The notes beneath the pieces were generated by a model. The model saw only the letters and a list, made by a program, of their open reading frames with translations. It made no database searches and had not been told where the DNA came from. DNA of 64,000 nt from Desulfobacterales bacterium (GTDB taxonomy: Bacteria; Desulfobacterota; Desulfobacteria; Desulfobacterales; UBA5852): the NCBI GenBank assembly GCA_963674755.2, contig CAXXVS010000003.1, positions 2,112,001 to 2,176,000 on the forward strand. The letters are read 5' to 3'. A program made the position numbers and the translations under genes. Below, in pieces: positions 21,112 through 33,314 of the stretch. Each line of letters starts with the position of its first letter. Position 1 is the first letter of the stretch.

Positions 21112-23621
21112 ATGACTGCCGGAACCTTTTTACCTTTTACCAGCACCGACCCCGCAGGCTTTTCAAGACCTTACCGTCGCCCCTTGCTCCCGGTCGCTAT
21201 AGCGTTGGCGGCCGGTATTATAGCCGGCGGCGCCTGGCCGGGCCGTTTAGATCTCGTCTCGGTTGTGGGGTGCCTGGCCTTGGTGCGGGTGGTCTATGCC
21301 TGGCATCACCACCGCAGTGCCCGCCTGGCGCCTCATCTTCTGGTGGGCCTGCTGGGATATGCGTTGATTTCGCCCTGGTTGCCCGCGGAACTGCCGGCCA
21401 ATCATATCGCGCACTATACCGATTCCCGTCGCTGGCAGATCGAAGGCATCGTAGTCCAGTGGTTGCCGGCCCGCTACGGGCGATCACGTCTCCTGATGCA
21501 GGTGTCGCAGTTGGCAGACCCGCACCAGACCATCGCGGTCACAGGACGCATTCGGCTCACCATCGCCGGAGAAGTTCCCGTCATTGAACCGGGAACGCGG
21601 CTGGCATTTTCCGGCCGGATCCGGTCTTTCCATAATTTCAGCAATCCCGGTGGCTTCGATTATCGCCGCCATATGCAGCTGCAACGGGTATATGGGTCGG
21701 CTTTCGTAGGGTCAGACGGTCTGCGCATCGGGGATCCGGGCAAGATCACCAGAGGGTCGGCCATGGTGCGCTATCGATGGCGGGCACGCCGGATGATCGA
21801 GCAAGTTGCCGGTTCAAGCACCCAATCCGTTCTAAAGGCGCTTCTCATCGGCGATCGCCAGGCCGTTTCCCCGGATCAGCGTCAGCTGTTCAACCGTTGC
21901 GGGATCGGTCACCTGCTGGCCATTTCCGGCTTGCATATCGGGATTGTCGGAGGATTTGTCTTCGCCCTAAGCCTTTGGGGCTTGAACCGGTGGCCGACCA
22001 TCTTGGAGCGCGGATGGGGAAGACGGGGTGCGGCCTTGCTGGCCATCGGACCAATGGTCTTCTACGCCGTTCTGGCCGGGTTGGCGCCCGCTACGCAACG
22101 GGCCTTGATCATGGTTTTGGCCGTCATGGCGACCTACTTTGTCTATAAGGAAAAGGATACCCTCAACTTTTTGGCTCTGGCGGCCGTGCTAATGCTGATT
22201 TGGGAGCCGGCGGCTCTCTTTTCCGTTTCCTTCCAGATGTCGTTTGCCGCCGTATTTTGGATCGTCGTGGGATTAGCAGCCCTTGGATGGCGAAAGGAAT
22301 CCCGTATTCGTAAGGCAACAAAATGGGGTGACCGCGTCGGCGCCTTTTTGCGAATAACATTGTGGGCCACCCTGGGAACCCTTCCGTTCGTCATGACCTA
22401 TTTTCAGGAGGTTTCCCTCGTCGGTATCTTCACCAACGGCATCATGGTGCCCTTGATCGGTTTTTTCGTCTTGCCAGTCGGGCTTTTGGCGCTCTTGGTG
22501 CTCCCTTTCAACGCGGTTTTGGCCGGCGGGTTAATTCAGGTGGCGGGTTGGGGACTTGCCCATGCCCTCGACGGCTTGGAAGCCCTTGGCAGGCTGGATG
22601 GGATCGCCCTCTCAACTTTTGTGCCGACTATACCGGAAATCGCCTGTTATTATGGGGCGCTGGGTTTGGTGGTGATGCGGCGCCGAATCAAACCGGTTCG
22701 CTGGTTGGCCGTATTGGTCGCGGTCGTCATGGCGGTCGATGCGGGTTACTGGTTGCACGAGCGTTTCTGGCATGATGACCTGCGGGTCACCATACTGGAC
22801 GTCGGACAAGGCAGCTCCGCCCTGCTGGAATTCCCCGGGGGCAAGACCATGCTGATCGATGGGGGCGGGTTCACCGATAATCGGTTTTTTGACGTGGGCC
22901 AGCGCATTATCGCCCCTTTTTTACGATATCGTAAGATCCTGCGGATCGATACCGTGGCCTTGAGTCATCCCAGCAGCGACCATATGAACGGCCTGGTATA
23001 TGTCCTTTCCCATTTTCACCCCCAAGAGCTGCTCTGGACCGGCGACCGGGCCGCTACCGCGAGTTTCGAAACCTTTCATCAAACCGTCGTCAACAGCGGT
23101 GTCCATCTATCCGATATCACGCGCGGGGACCGCCACATGACCATGGGCGAAGTGGACGTGGTGATACTCCATCCGGAGCTTAAAGACTTGCGACCGCATC
23201 ACCATTTATCAGGGGCAGATTTCAATAACCATTCGATGGTTATCAAAGTGGCGATGGGCGCCTGCGGCATCCTTTTCCCGGGTGATATCGAGATGCCTGC
23301 GGAAGAAAGGCTTGTCGCTTGCTGTCGCCAGCAATTGGCAAGCCAGGTCCTTGTGGCGCCTCACCATGGCAGCCGGACATCAGTTCGACGATCTTTCTGG
23401 AGGCCGTGCGCCCGGACAGAATCGTTGTATCAGCCGGCTGGCGGAATCGGTTCGGCTTTCCCCACGCCGCTGTTCTCAAGCGTTATCGGGCTCTGGGAAG
23501 TCGCATCTATCGCACGGACGACCATGGGGCTGTTGTGCTTCGAACCGATGGACATCAATGGCGCACGTCTACGCAGTTGGATCGAGAAACGGTTCAGCAG
23601 GAAGCGCTCGCGATGCCGTAG
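21112..23621 (+). pseudogene. comEC: ComEC/Rec2 DNA uptake channel with a frameshift near 23381
   Basis: NPGGFDY, HLLAISGLHIG, LDVGQG, SHPSSDHMNG, PHHGSRT; the conserved C-terminus ([12 protein letters not shown]...RTDDHGAV) continues in another frame to the stop at 23621. Confidence 0.85.
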
Positions 23622-24070
23622 CCGAAAGGCACCGAAAAATCTTCGGGGTGTTCTGCTCGCAGGAGGAGTGAAGACGGTTTTACATGGCTGCCGCATTTTG
23701 CCCGGACGTTGCGAAGTTACGAACGCTCCATCCCGGCGGCATGCTGGAGGGGGAGGCAGATCCACCGTCCTATCGATGCGGCGCTGTTCTCGGCTAGGCT
23801 AGCCTCACTTCGGCTAGTGATCGAAAAAGGATTCCTGCCTTGATATCTTCTTCATATTCCGTTAGGCTAAAAATGCTTATGTCTAATTGCGCTAAAGCAG
23901 AAGACCCCTGCGGTTCCGGTTCTTGAAGGGCCCTGCCGGAGTGTTCCCGCATGCCACGCCAGGCAATAAGGCGTTTGATACCGGATTCAATCATGAGGCT
24001 TGCCGATGCCTCTATTTTTTTATGCGGCAGGCTTCCCGTGGATCGGATGATCGGAGAACAGGAGATAAAC

Positions 24071-25078
24071 ATGGCGGAAAAAGATACTTTCAAGGCTTTC
24101 CTCGTGAGCGAAACCACAGACGGTCAGTACCAGCGGACGATCACCGAACGCGCGCTGAGCGATTTACCGGATCATGAAGTTCTCATCCGGGTGCACTACT
24201 CCTCGCTCAACTACAAGGATGCTTTGTCGGCCCATGGCAATAAGGGGGTTACCCGACAGTATCCCCACACCCCCGGCATTGATGCGGCGGGTATCGTCGT
24301 TGCCAGTCGGAACCCATCGTTTGGCCAAGGGGATGCCGTCCTGGTGACGGGGTTTGATTTGGGCATGAATACTTCCGGAGGGTTGGGGGCCTACATCCGC
24401 GTTCCGGCGGATTGGGTCATTCCCCTACCCTCAGAGCTTTCCTTGAAGGACAGCATGATTTACGGCACCGCCGGTTTTACGGCTGCCATGAGCATCCAGC
24501 GGCTGGTGCAACACGGCGTGACACCGGATAAAGGCGAGATCCTTGTCTCCGGGGCCACCGGTGGCGTGGGTTCCCTGGCGGTGGCCATGCTCAGCCATAT
24601 GGGGTACAGCCCTGTAGCGGTCAGCGGGAAATCCACAGCGGAATCGTTTTTGAAAACGCTTGGCGCCCGGTCGGTTATAAGCCGGGACGAGGCGGAGTCG
24701 CAGGCTGAAAAACCCATCCTCAAGGCGCGTTGGGCCGGCGTTGTCGATACGGTGGGCGGCAAAATTCTGTCCCAGGCCATTAAATCGACCCGTTATGGCG
24801 GGGCGGTCACCTGTTGCGGGCTGGTGGCTTCGCCCCAGTTGTCCTTAACCGTTTTTCCTTTTATCCTGCGCGGGGTGGCGCTGTATGGCATCGATTCGGC
24901 GGAGTGTGGCCGTGATTTACGTCTGCTGCTTTGGAAAAATTTGGCGGGGGCTTGGCGGCCGGATTGTTTGGCCGGCTTGAGCAGGGAAATTGAGCTGGAA
25001 GATGTTGATCAGTACATGGCCATGCTGTTGAAAGGCGACAATCAGGGGCGCATCGTTGTCCGCATGCCAGGCGCCTAA
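24071..25078 (+). CDS. YhdH/AcuI-family NADPH-dependent oxidoreductase (MDR superfamily)
   Basis: YSSLNYKDAL, GTAGFTA, GATGGVGS, PFILRGVALYGIDS; start ATG 24071 after AGGAG. Confidence 0.9.
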   Translation: MAEKDTFKAFLVSETTDGQYQRTITERALSDLPDHEVLIRVHYSSLNYKDALSAHGNKGVTRQYPHTPGIDAAGIVVASRNPSFGQGDAVLVTGFDLGMNTSGGLGAYIRVPADWVIPLPSELSLKDSMIYGTAGFTAAMSIQRLVQHGVTPDKGEILVSGATGGVGSLAVAMLSHMGYSPVAVSGKSTAESFLKTLGARSVISRDEAESQAEKPILKARWAGVVDTVGGKILSQAIKSTRYGGAVTCCGLVASPQLSLTVFPFILRGVALYGIDSAECGRDLRLLLWKNLAGAWRPDCLAGLSREIELEDVDQYMAMLLKGDNQGRIVVRMPGA

Positions 25079-25156
25079 AACGGGAATGCCACCACCGTGA
25101 CGGGTGCCGTCAACCGTTGCTTGCCGGCGGCTGATGGCAATCAGGGAGAATACACG

Positions 25157-25444
25157 ATGAACAAGTTTACGATCGCCGGGCTTTGCGCATGGCTGGTTAG
25201 TCTCGTCATTGTCGGATTTCAAGCCATCACGAGCCTGATGCAACAAAGCGGTACTGGCGACTGGGGGGCGCCCCCGGGGGGCTGGAGTGAGTTGGCCCTT
25301 GTCGATCTGATCGGGGGCGAGCGACTTTATTGGGCGGCAGATTATGACTGGCTGGCCTATATTTTCACGATGCCCCTATATATCCTACTTTTCATCGTGG
25401 GGTTGTTGTTCATCATTTTAGGGGTGGTGTTCTGGCGGAAATAA
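25157..25444 (+). CDS. small hypothetical membrane protein
   Basis: GGGAG SD; two hydrophobic helices. Confidence 0.65.
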   Translation: MNKFTIAGLCAWLVSLVIVGFQAITSLMQQSGTGDWGAPPGGWSELALVDLIGGERLYWAADYDWLAYIFTMPLYILLFIVGLLFIILGVVFWRK

Positions 25445-25717
25445 GACGTTTAGGATCTGGTGCTCTAAGAAACATGGCGCCATAGTCGCCATGAAGGGCC
25501 GGCAGTTTGGAAGTGCGCGTCCCGAATAATGTGCTCATCGCATCATACCGTATATTCCTCCTAACCAAGCCCCTCCCTATTGATATGGCGTGGTGCCGCC
25601 AGGTTCCCCCCCATCCGTGCCTCCCCATTCCCACGCACCAAATCATTTTGGGTTCCAGATTGTCTTCGCAAAGCAAACGCTTCGGCGGCTTCCGCAAGTT
25701 CCCGGGCCGTCCCGGCC

Positions 25718-27550
25718 TTATTCGACATACACGGACTGGCCAGGATAAATAGTGCTGCGTGACGAAAGGCGGTTGATCTCCAGAAACCGATCCAGCGGCA
25801 TCTGGTGGGATTGAGCAATCTTAAACGGACTGTCGCCGGATTGTACCTGGTAGGTCTTCATGCCATCCATCTGGCGGGCAGGCATCGGTTTCGCAGTGAT
25901 CTGGAGCTTTTGCCCCTTATAAAGCCGGGTCCCGGACAGGCCGTTGAGATGTTGGATGGATTTTACCGTCGTGCCGTATTTGCGTGCGATATTCCACAAA
26001 GAATCGCCGCGTCGGACCACGTGATAAGCGGGCCGTTGAGAAGGGATTCCCTGCGCCCGGGCAGGTTGTGAGGCGTAGGTATACCCCTTACCGGGAATTT
26101 TTAGACGTTTGCCGGCGCGAATCAGGGTGCCGCGCATGTTGTTGGCGCGCTGGATTCGGGCGACGCTGGTTCGGTAGCGCCGCGCAATCGTCGAGAGGCT
26201 TTCGCCGGAACGTACCCGATGGTAGACATAGGCCGGTTGGGGCAGGGAAGCTGTGCGAACGTTTTCGATTTGCGCCAGCAGAAGCTCGCTCGTACCGACA
26301 GGAATTTTCAAGGCGTAGGTGGCCGGCGGCACAATTTTATAGCGCAGTTCAGGATTCATTTCGCGCAGCATTGATTCAGGCACATCAAGGATCTTGGCTG
26401 CGTCACGCAGGTGAATCTGGCGGTTGATCGTGGCGGTCTCGTAGTCCAGGGCAGGATCGATTTGGGCAAGGTCAAGACCGTATTTTTCGGGGGCACTGAG
26501 AATATGCAGGGTTGCCAGAAAACGCGGTACGTAACGTGCCGTCTCCCGCGGCAGGCGCTCATAGAGATCCCAGAAATTATCCAGATAGTTCACGTTCTGC
26601 GTCTTGATGACGCGCAGGACGCGCCCTTCGCCACAATTGTAGGCGGCGAGCACGGTGGTCCAATCGCCAAAAATATTATGGAGTTCCCTGAGATAGGCAA
26701 TGGCCGCCCGGGTGGATTTGTCGGGATCCATGCGCTCATCGATAAAACGGTCGCGCTTGAGGCCGAATTTGTAACCGGTGGAAGGGATAAATTGCCATAA
26801 GCCCAAAGCACGGGCGCGTGACAGGGCCTTGACGTTGAAGCCGCTTTCGATCAAAGGCAGCCAGGACAATTCCTCCGGGAGCCCGGCTTCCTTCAACTCG
26901 GCCACAATGCGGGGCCGATAGCGGCCGGATCGCTGGAGCGCATGCTGAAAAAACGTTTTTTCCACGCCGGTGGTGAAGCGCTTGATTTCGGCTTCCACAT
27001 GGCGGTTCATGTCCAAGGGGATGGCATTGTGGCTGCCATTGACCACAATGTTGCGCGATGCATAGATTTCCAGGATACGTTTGGAAATCATGAAACGCAG
27101 ATCCTCCTTTTCCTGAATCAGTTTGAAATCGTCCTGGGGCTCGACTTCGAGGATTAGCAGGTAGGCTTGATCCAGCGCATCGACCGCTTTCTCAAGTTCG
27201 CCTCTTTGCCAATATTCCTGCGAATCCCGGCATAATTCCAAGGCATCGTCCAGTCTGGCCTGGGCTGTTTTGGGGTTGTTATCCTCAGATGCGGGAGCGT
27301 CATTGGCGGTTGCGGTGGTCGGCAGCGCGCTATCGTTCGTTTCGGTCGACACGGCACGGTTGTCGGCGTTTTGATAGACGTTTTCTTCAAGGTCCACGTA
27401 GGAGGGAGGTGGTGTTTCAGCCGCCGTTCCGGACGGTGCGGAGGATGTCATTGGGGCTGAGTCCGTCGAAGGCATGATCGTCGTGCATCCGCTGAACAGA
27501 ACGCTGAGACCTAACACAAGGGCAATAATGTGGTTTCGTTTCAAAATCAT
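25718..27550 (-). CDS. mltD: membrane-bound lytic murein transglycosylase D-like lipoprotein (SLT + 3 LysM)
   Basis: lipobox LFSGC; IESGFN...GLWQFIPSTG...AAYNCGEG; three LysM repeats. Confidence 0.88.
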   Translation of the reverse strand: MILKRNHIIALVLGLSVLFSGCTTIMPSTDSAPMTSSAPSGTAAETPPPSYVDLEENVYQNADNRAVSTETNDSALPTTATANDAPASEDNNPKTAQARLDDALELCRDSQEYWQRGELEKAVDALDQAYLLILEVEPQDDFKLIQEKEDLRFMISKRILEIYASRNIVVNGSHNAIPLDMNRHVEAEIKRFTTGVEKTFFQHALQRSGRYRPRIVAELKEAGLPEELSWLPLIESGFNVKALSRARALGLWQFIPSTGYKFGLKRDRFIDERMDPDKSTRAAIAYLRELHNIFGDWTTVLAAYNCGEGRVLRVIKTQNVNYLDNFWDLYERLPRETARYVPRFLATLHILSAPEKYGLDLAQIDPALDYETATINRQIHLRDAAKILDVPESMLREMNPELRYKIVPPATYALKIPVGTSELLLAQIENVRTASLPQPAYVYHRVRSGESLSTIARRYRTSVARIQRANNMRGTLIRAGKRLKIPGKGYTYASQPARAQGIPSQRPAYHVVRRGDSLWNIARKYGTTVKSIQHLNGLSGTRLYKGQKLQITAKPMPARQMDGMKTYQVQSGDSPFKIAQSHQMPLDRFLEINRLSSRSTIYPGQSVYVE

Positions 27551-27601
27551 CTCACTTTGTATAGATTGATGGACCAGAGAAAAACATTGTATCTTCGACT
27601 C

Positions 27602-27629
27602 GTTATACATCGCAGTGTCAGTTTGTCAA
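27602..27629 (-). promoter_or_regulatory. putative sigma70 promoter of the mltD-like gene
   Basis: minus strand TTGACA-16bp-TATAAC. Confidence 0.5.
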
Positions 27630-28111
27630 GGCGTTATCGAGGCGCGCCGGGCAATGCTGTAGCCGTAATGGCGCTTGACACCAACGGTTTTGCGGACCAT
27701 TACAGGAGCCCCTCCCAAGGGCCTGCGCCGCCCTGAGAGAGGCGCTGGCTTCCTTATCGGCTGGTTAAGGGGCACCTTTAGCACGATCGCCCAAAAGGGT
27801 GGGGTGAAAAATCGGGGCCGGACAGGTAGCGGCCTTTACGACAGGCTGGTCAGGGCCTATATTAAAAAGGTTATACAGAGGGACTCCATCGTGCTATGAA
27901 TTCATCAAAATATTAAGATAATGTTTGATTTTTGATGAAAACGGGCTTATATGGCGCCTTATATCGTTTTAAACTGTTTAAATATTTTTTTATTTGTAAA
28001 TTTAGGTCTTGTGTTTGTAATAAAAGACCGGTAAAAAACGATGTTTTATTTCGGTCGATCATCGGCGGCTGGTGCCGGTACGCGTTGATTACAATTGTAG
28101 GGCGGTTTCGA

Positions 28112-28187
28112 GCCAGCGTAGCTCAGTTGGTAGAGCTACTGATTTGTAATCAGTGGGTCGGGGGTTCGAGTCCCTTCGCTGGCTCCA
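28112..28187 (+). tRNA. tRNA-Thr(TGT)
   Basis: cloverleaf, anticodon arm ACTGA-TTTGTAA-TCAGT, GTTCGAG, CCA end. Confidence 0.97.
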
Positions 28188-28199
28188 GTTTGATCTCAA

Positions 28200-28284
28200 G
28201 GTGGGGTTCCCGAGCGGTCAAAGGGAACAGACTGTAAATCTGTCGGCGATGCCTTCGGAGGTTCAAATCCTCCCCCCACCACCA
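28200..28284 (+). tRNA. tRNA-Tyr(GTA)
   Basis: ACAGA-CTGTAAA-TCTGT, long variable arm, CCA end. Confidence 0.97.
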
Positions 28285-28424
28285 GCCAGAATGAGGGCCT
28301 GTGGCAGGAGATTCACGTTTGGGACGTGAATCAGTCGAACTGCAGGGCTTCCTGCGAATCCGAAATTTGATGACGGGCAAAGGGGGAGGATCGCGGCCCA
28401 TACCGTCGATTCCAATAGAACCAG

Positions 28425-28500
28425 GCGGGAGTAGCTCAGTTGGTAGAGCTTCAGCCTTCCAAGCTGAATGTCGCGAGTTCGAGCCTCGTCTCCCGCTCCA
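28425..28500 (+). tRNA. tRNA-Gly(TCC)
   Basis: TCAGC-CTTCCAA-GCTGA, GTTCGAG, CCA end. Confidence 0.97.
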
Positions 28501-28555
28501 AACAAAAATCGATTGGTTTGCAACGTTATTAGCAAGGTGCACAATTTGGTCATGA

Positions 28556-28632
28556 GCCCACGTAGCTCAGTCGGTAGAGCGCTTCCTTGGTAAGGAAGAG
28601 GTCCACCGGTTCGATTCCGGTCGTGGGCTCCA
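28556..28632 (+). tRNA. tRNA-Thr(GGT)
   Basis: CTTCC-TTGGTAA-GGAAG, GTTCGAT, CCA end; canonical Thr-Tyr-Gly-Thr-tuf order. Confidence 0.96.
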
Positions 28633-28737
28633 CATTTCCTCTAAACGGCGACCGTCTGGAAAAGTGTGGCGTCGGTGCGTCTTTTTATGTTTTTGGATAA
28701 AAATACGTTTTAAGCCTTTTCACAGGAGGAAGAGAAG

Positions 28738-29931
<1,194 letters not shown>

Positions 29932-29952
29932 TTTTAGTGAAGGAGTTTCCAG

Positions 29953-30102
29953 GTGCGAATTATAGTGACCCTCGCCTGCCAGGAGTGCAAGCGACGCAAT
30001 TATACGACGACGAAGAATAAACGGACAACGCCGGACAAGCTGGAGTTCAGCAAGTACTGTCGTTTCTGTGGTAAGCATACGAACCATCGCGAAACCAAAT
30101 AG
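29953..30102 (+). CDS. rpmG: 50S ribosomal protein L33 (zinc-ribbon type; absent from ORF track)
   Basis: GTG start after [55 protein letters not shown]. Confidence 0.97.
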   Translation: MRIIVTLACQECKRRNYTTTKNKRTTPDKLEFSKYCRFCGKHTNHRETK

Positions 30103-30166
30103 TTTTGCCATCCAACGGGTGGTGTCGCCATCGGCCATGCGGCCGATGGCAGCGGGAAAGGTTTGC

Positions 30167-30242
30167 AGGCCAGTAGCTCTAACGGTAGAGCATCGGACTC
30201 CAAATCCGGGTGTTGGGGGTTCGAATCCCTCCTGGCCTGCCA
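30167..30242 (+). tRNA. tRNA-Trp(CCA)
   Basis: TCGGA-CTCCAAA-TCCGG, GTTCGAAT, CCA end; usual position before secE. Confidence 0.96.
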
Positions 30243-30330
30243 CCTTTCGCGTTTGCGATAACCTACCCAAATGGAGAAACGGCACCTTCCCCGCACTTAT
30301 CGGGCGGGAGGGAAGGAGCTGAGGAGATTC

Positions 30331-30726
30331 ATGGCTCGGTTACAGCGCAAGAAACCCGTAAGTGTCAAAAAGCGGAAAATGGGCGGTGATACGCCAGCGT
30401 CGGATACAGCGACGACGCCGGCTTCGGCAGAGGCCGCCGCCAATAAACCAGCGCTTCCCGCCAAGAAAAAGAAGGCTTCCATGCCGATCCGGCGGGCGAG
30501 CGGAACGACCAAAAGTGAACCAACCGGTAAAATCAGAGGTATTGTCGATCAATCGATCCAGTTTTTGCGCGAAGTCAAAGTCGAACTGAAAAAAGTCGCT
30601 TGGCCTTCAAAAAAGCAAACCATCGGTTCAACGGCTGTCGTTCTGATTCTGGTGTTCATTATCGCAGCGTTCCTGGGGATAGTGGACATGGGGCTTTCGC
30701 GCCTGGTACGCTTGGTCCTGCAATAA
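30331..30726 (+). CDS. secE: preprotein translocase subunit SecE
   Basis: FLREVKVELKKVAWPS plus one TM helix; ATG 30331 after GAGGAG. Confidence 0.93.
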   Translation: MARLQRKKPVSVKKRKMGGDTPASDTATTPASAEAAANKPALPAKKKKASMPIRRASGTTKSEPTGKIRGIVDQSIQFLREVKVELKKVAWPSKKQTIGSTAVVLILVFIIAAFLGIVDMGLSRLVRLVLQ

Positions 30727-30741
30727 CGAGAGGCAGCCAAC

Positions 30742-31275
30742 GTGGCCCAAAAGAAATGGTATATCGTTCACGTTTATTCCGGATTTGAGAACAAGGTCAA
30801 AAAGGCCTTGGAAGATCGGATCGCATCCGCGCCGCATCCGGATAAATTCGGCGAAGTTGTCGTCCCTACGGAAGAAGTCGTTGAGTTGGTCAAAGGGAAA
30901 CGCAAAACTTCCGCTCGCAAGTTTTATCCCGGCTACATTCTCGTGCAGGTGGCGCTGGATGATGAGACTTGGCATATCGTGAACAATACGGCCAAAGTCA
31001 CCGGCTTCCTGGGGGGGCGTGACAAGCCGGCTCCGATTTCAGACGAGGAAGCCAATCAAATTCTCAACCGCATGGAAGCCGGTAAGGAGAAACCCCAACC
31101 CAAATACTATTTCGATGCGGGTGATGAAATTCGTGTCATAGACGGCCCCTTTACCAACTTCAACGGTATTGTCGACGAAGTGAACCCCGAAAAGGGGAAA
31201 ATCCGGGTTCTCGTTAGCATTTTTGGAAGGTCAACTCCGGTCGAACTGGATTTTGTCCAAGTAACCAAAATATAG
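30742..31275 (+). CDS. nusG: transcription termination/antitermination factor NusG
   Basis: WYIVHVYSGFE, FYPGYIL, KOW GPFTNFNG, SIFGRSTPVEL. Confidence 0.98.
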   Translation: MAQKKWYIVHVYSGFENKVKKALEDRIASAPHPDKFGEVVVPTEEVVELVKGKRKTSARKFYPGYILVQVALDDETWHIVNNTAKVTGFLGGRDKPAPISDEEANQILNRMEAGKEKPQPKYYFDAGDEIRVIDGPFTNFNGIVDEVNPEKGKIRVLVSIFGRSTPVELDFVQVTKI

Positions 31276-31317
31276 AAGCGGCTGAAACGCTGGAACTTCA
31301 AAAGAGTAGGAATTACG

Positions 31318-31740
31318 ATGGCAAAAAAAGTAATGGCGATGATCAAGTTGCAGGTTGAAGCGGGGAAAGCCAATCCGTCACCGCCGATCGGCCCTGCGCT
31401 GGGTCAGCACGGTGTCAACATCATGGATTTCTGCAAGGCTTTTAACGCGCGAACGGCCAATGATGCCGGAATGATCATTCCGGTAGTCATAACGGTGTAT
31501 CAGGACCGTTCGTTCACGTTTATCACGAAAACGCCTCCGGCGGCGGTGCTGCTTAAAAAGGCGGCTAAAGTGGCCAAGGGGGCCGGCGACCCGAAGCGCG
31601 ACCGGGTTGGCAAGGTGACTCGCTCACAAGTCGAAGAGATCGCTAAGCTGAAAATGCCGGATTTAAATGCAAATGATTTGGATGCCGCTTGCCGCATCAT
31701 TGCTGGCACCGCCCGGAGTATGGGGATTGAGGTCGTTTAG
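31318..31740 (+). CDS. rplK: 50S ribosomal protein L11
   Basis: [15 protein letters not shown]. Confidence 0.99.
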   Translation: MAKKVMAMIKLQVEAGKANPSPPIGPALGQHGVNIMDFCKAFNARTANDAGMIIPVVITVYQDRSFTFITKTPPAAVLLKKAAKVAKGAGDPKRDRVGKVTRSQVEEIAKLKMPDLNANDLDAACRIIAGTARSMGIEVV

Positions 31741-31763
31741 AACCAGGGAGTGAGGGAAAGAAA

Positions 31764-32468
31764 ATGCCTAAGCGGGGGAAAAAATATTCTGAGTCCAAAG
31801 CGAAGACTTTGAATGTGCCGTCCTCGAGTTTCGAAGAGGCCGTAAAAATATCGCTCGAATCTTCTTATGCCAAATTTGATGAGACGGTGGACGTTGCTGT
31901 CCGACTTGGTGTTGATCCGCGTCATGCCGATCAGATGATTCGCGGTACGGTGGTTTTGCCTAACGGACTTGGCAAGGAAGTCAAGGTCTTGGTGTTTGCC
32001 AAAGGCGAAAAAGAAAAGGAAGCCCAGGACGCCGGGGCCGATTTTGTCGGCAATGAGGAACTCATCGATAAAATCAAAGAGGGCTGGTTTGGGTTTGACA
32101 AAGCCGTTGCCACACCGGATATGATGGGAACTGTCGGTAAAATCGGCAAGCTATTAGGTCCGCGCGGATTGATGCCCAATGCCAAAACCGGTACGGTGAC
32201 ATTTGATGTCGCCCGTGCCATCAACGAATTGAAAGCGGGTAAAATCGACTTTCGTGTTGAAAAAGCCGGTATTGTTCATGCTCCGATGGGCAAGGTCTCG
32301 TTCGGTGTGGAGAAAATCGTTCAGAATATCACTGCATTTCTCGAAACCATCATGCGCCTCAAACCTTCTTCCAGCAAGGGGACCTATCTCAAAGGGATGG
32401 CGATCTCTACCACTATGGGGCCTGGCGTAAAAGTGGACGCCGCCCTCGTGAAGGAGCTGTTGAAGTAA
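31764..32468 (+). CDS. rplA: 50S ribosomal protein L1
   Basis: [16 protein letters not shown]. Confidence 0.99.
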   Translation: MPKRGKKYSESKAKTLNVPSSSFEEAVKISLESSYAKFDETVDVAVRLGVDPRHADQMIRGTVVLPNGLGKEVKVLVFAKGEKEKEAQDAGADFVGNEELIDKIKEGWFGFDKAVATPDMMGTVGKIGKLLGPRGLMPNAKTGTVTFDVARAINELKAGKIDFRVEKAGIVHAPMGKVSFGVEKIVQNITAFLETIMRLKPSSSKGTYLKGMAISTTMGPGVKVDAALVKELLK

Positions 32469-32592
32469 TTGATTAAGGTGTGCGGGTCATTCCATCCTGT
32501 TAGGTCTACGCCGGAGGTTAGGGGTGGTTGTCAGGTCGGGATCGTATCCGCACAACGACACAAAGCACATTTCCTGTAAACACAAAATCATC

Positions 32593-32655
32593 CTGTCAAA
32601 GACCGTAGGTTCACGATCGGTGTGTTTAATCGGCACGGCCGGCCTACCGAGGCAG
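32593..32655 (+). promoter_or_regulatory. ribosomal protein L10 leader (autoregulatory RNA)
   Basis: AAGACCGTAGG...TTAAT...CCTACCGAGG pattern upstream of rplJ. Confidence 0.7.
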
Positions 32656-32721
32656 TTGGGTTGTTTCGGATTCGTTTCCTCCGGTTTTGTTTGGATTGCG
32701 GAAAGGGGGTGTTGATTACTC

Positions 32722-33243
32722 GTGAATATTCAGGACAAAAAACAAGTCGTTGAAGACCTGAAAGAAAAGTTTGCAACGACCAAGGTCGTCATCGTTACGG
32801 ACTACAAGGGGTTGAATGTCGCCCAGATGACCGAGCTTCGCCGGAAATTGAGCGATGCCAATGTGGAATACAAGGTCGTCAAGAACACCTTGCTGAAACG
32901 CGCCTCAGAGGGCACGGACGCCATGTTGCTGGCCGATGTATTTAAAGGGCCCAGCGGCATCGCGTTTTCCTTTGACGATCCGGTCGCGCCGGCCAAAGTT
33001 TTGACCCAGTTTGCCAAAGACAACGATAAACTGGAGATCAAAGCCGGTGTCATGGATGGCAAAATTATGGACTTGGATGCCATTACGGCGTTGTCCAAGC
33101 TGCCGTCCCGAGAGGAGCTGCTGGCACAAGTTCTCTCCGCTATGAACGCGGTCCCGGCGGGCTTTGTACGGGCCTTGGCCGATGTTCCCCGGCGGATGGT
33201 GAATGTGCTGAATGCGATCAAGGATCAAAAAGCAGCGGCCTAG
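32722..33243 (+). CDS. rplJ: 50S ribosomal protein L10
   Basis: DYKGLNV, VVKNTL, LPSREEL. Confidence 0.98.
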   Translation: MNIQDKKQVVEDLKEKFATTKVVIVTDYKGLNVAQMTELRRKLSDANVEYKVVKNTLLKRASEGTDAMLLADVFKGPSGIAFSFDDPVAPAKVLTQFAKDNDKLEIKAGVMDGKIMDLDAITALSKLPSREELLAQVLSAMNAVPAGFVRALADVPRRMVNVLNAIKDQKAAA

Positions 33244-33314
33244 TTCGTCAGCAACTTTTCTGATGGTCAAACCCATTTGCATGATCTAGAAAAAATTCGG
33301 AGGTAAAACGAAAG

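Noticed and set aside
23622..23802. C-terminal extension of the 896-aa ComEC ORF as a novel domain
   Set aside because: Out-of-frame read-through caused by the frameshift near 23381.
27932..28555. ORFs overlapping the tRNA cluster
   Set aside because: Spurious frames across an AT-rich promoter region and clear tRNA genes.
28556..28632. One extra base in the variable loop of tRNA-Thr(GGT)
   Set aside because: All stems and the CCA end are intact; minor variation without evidence of significance.
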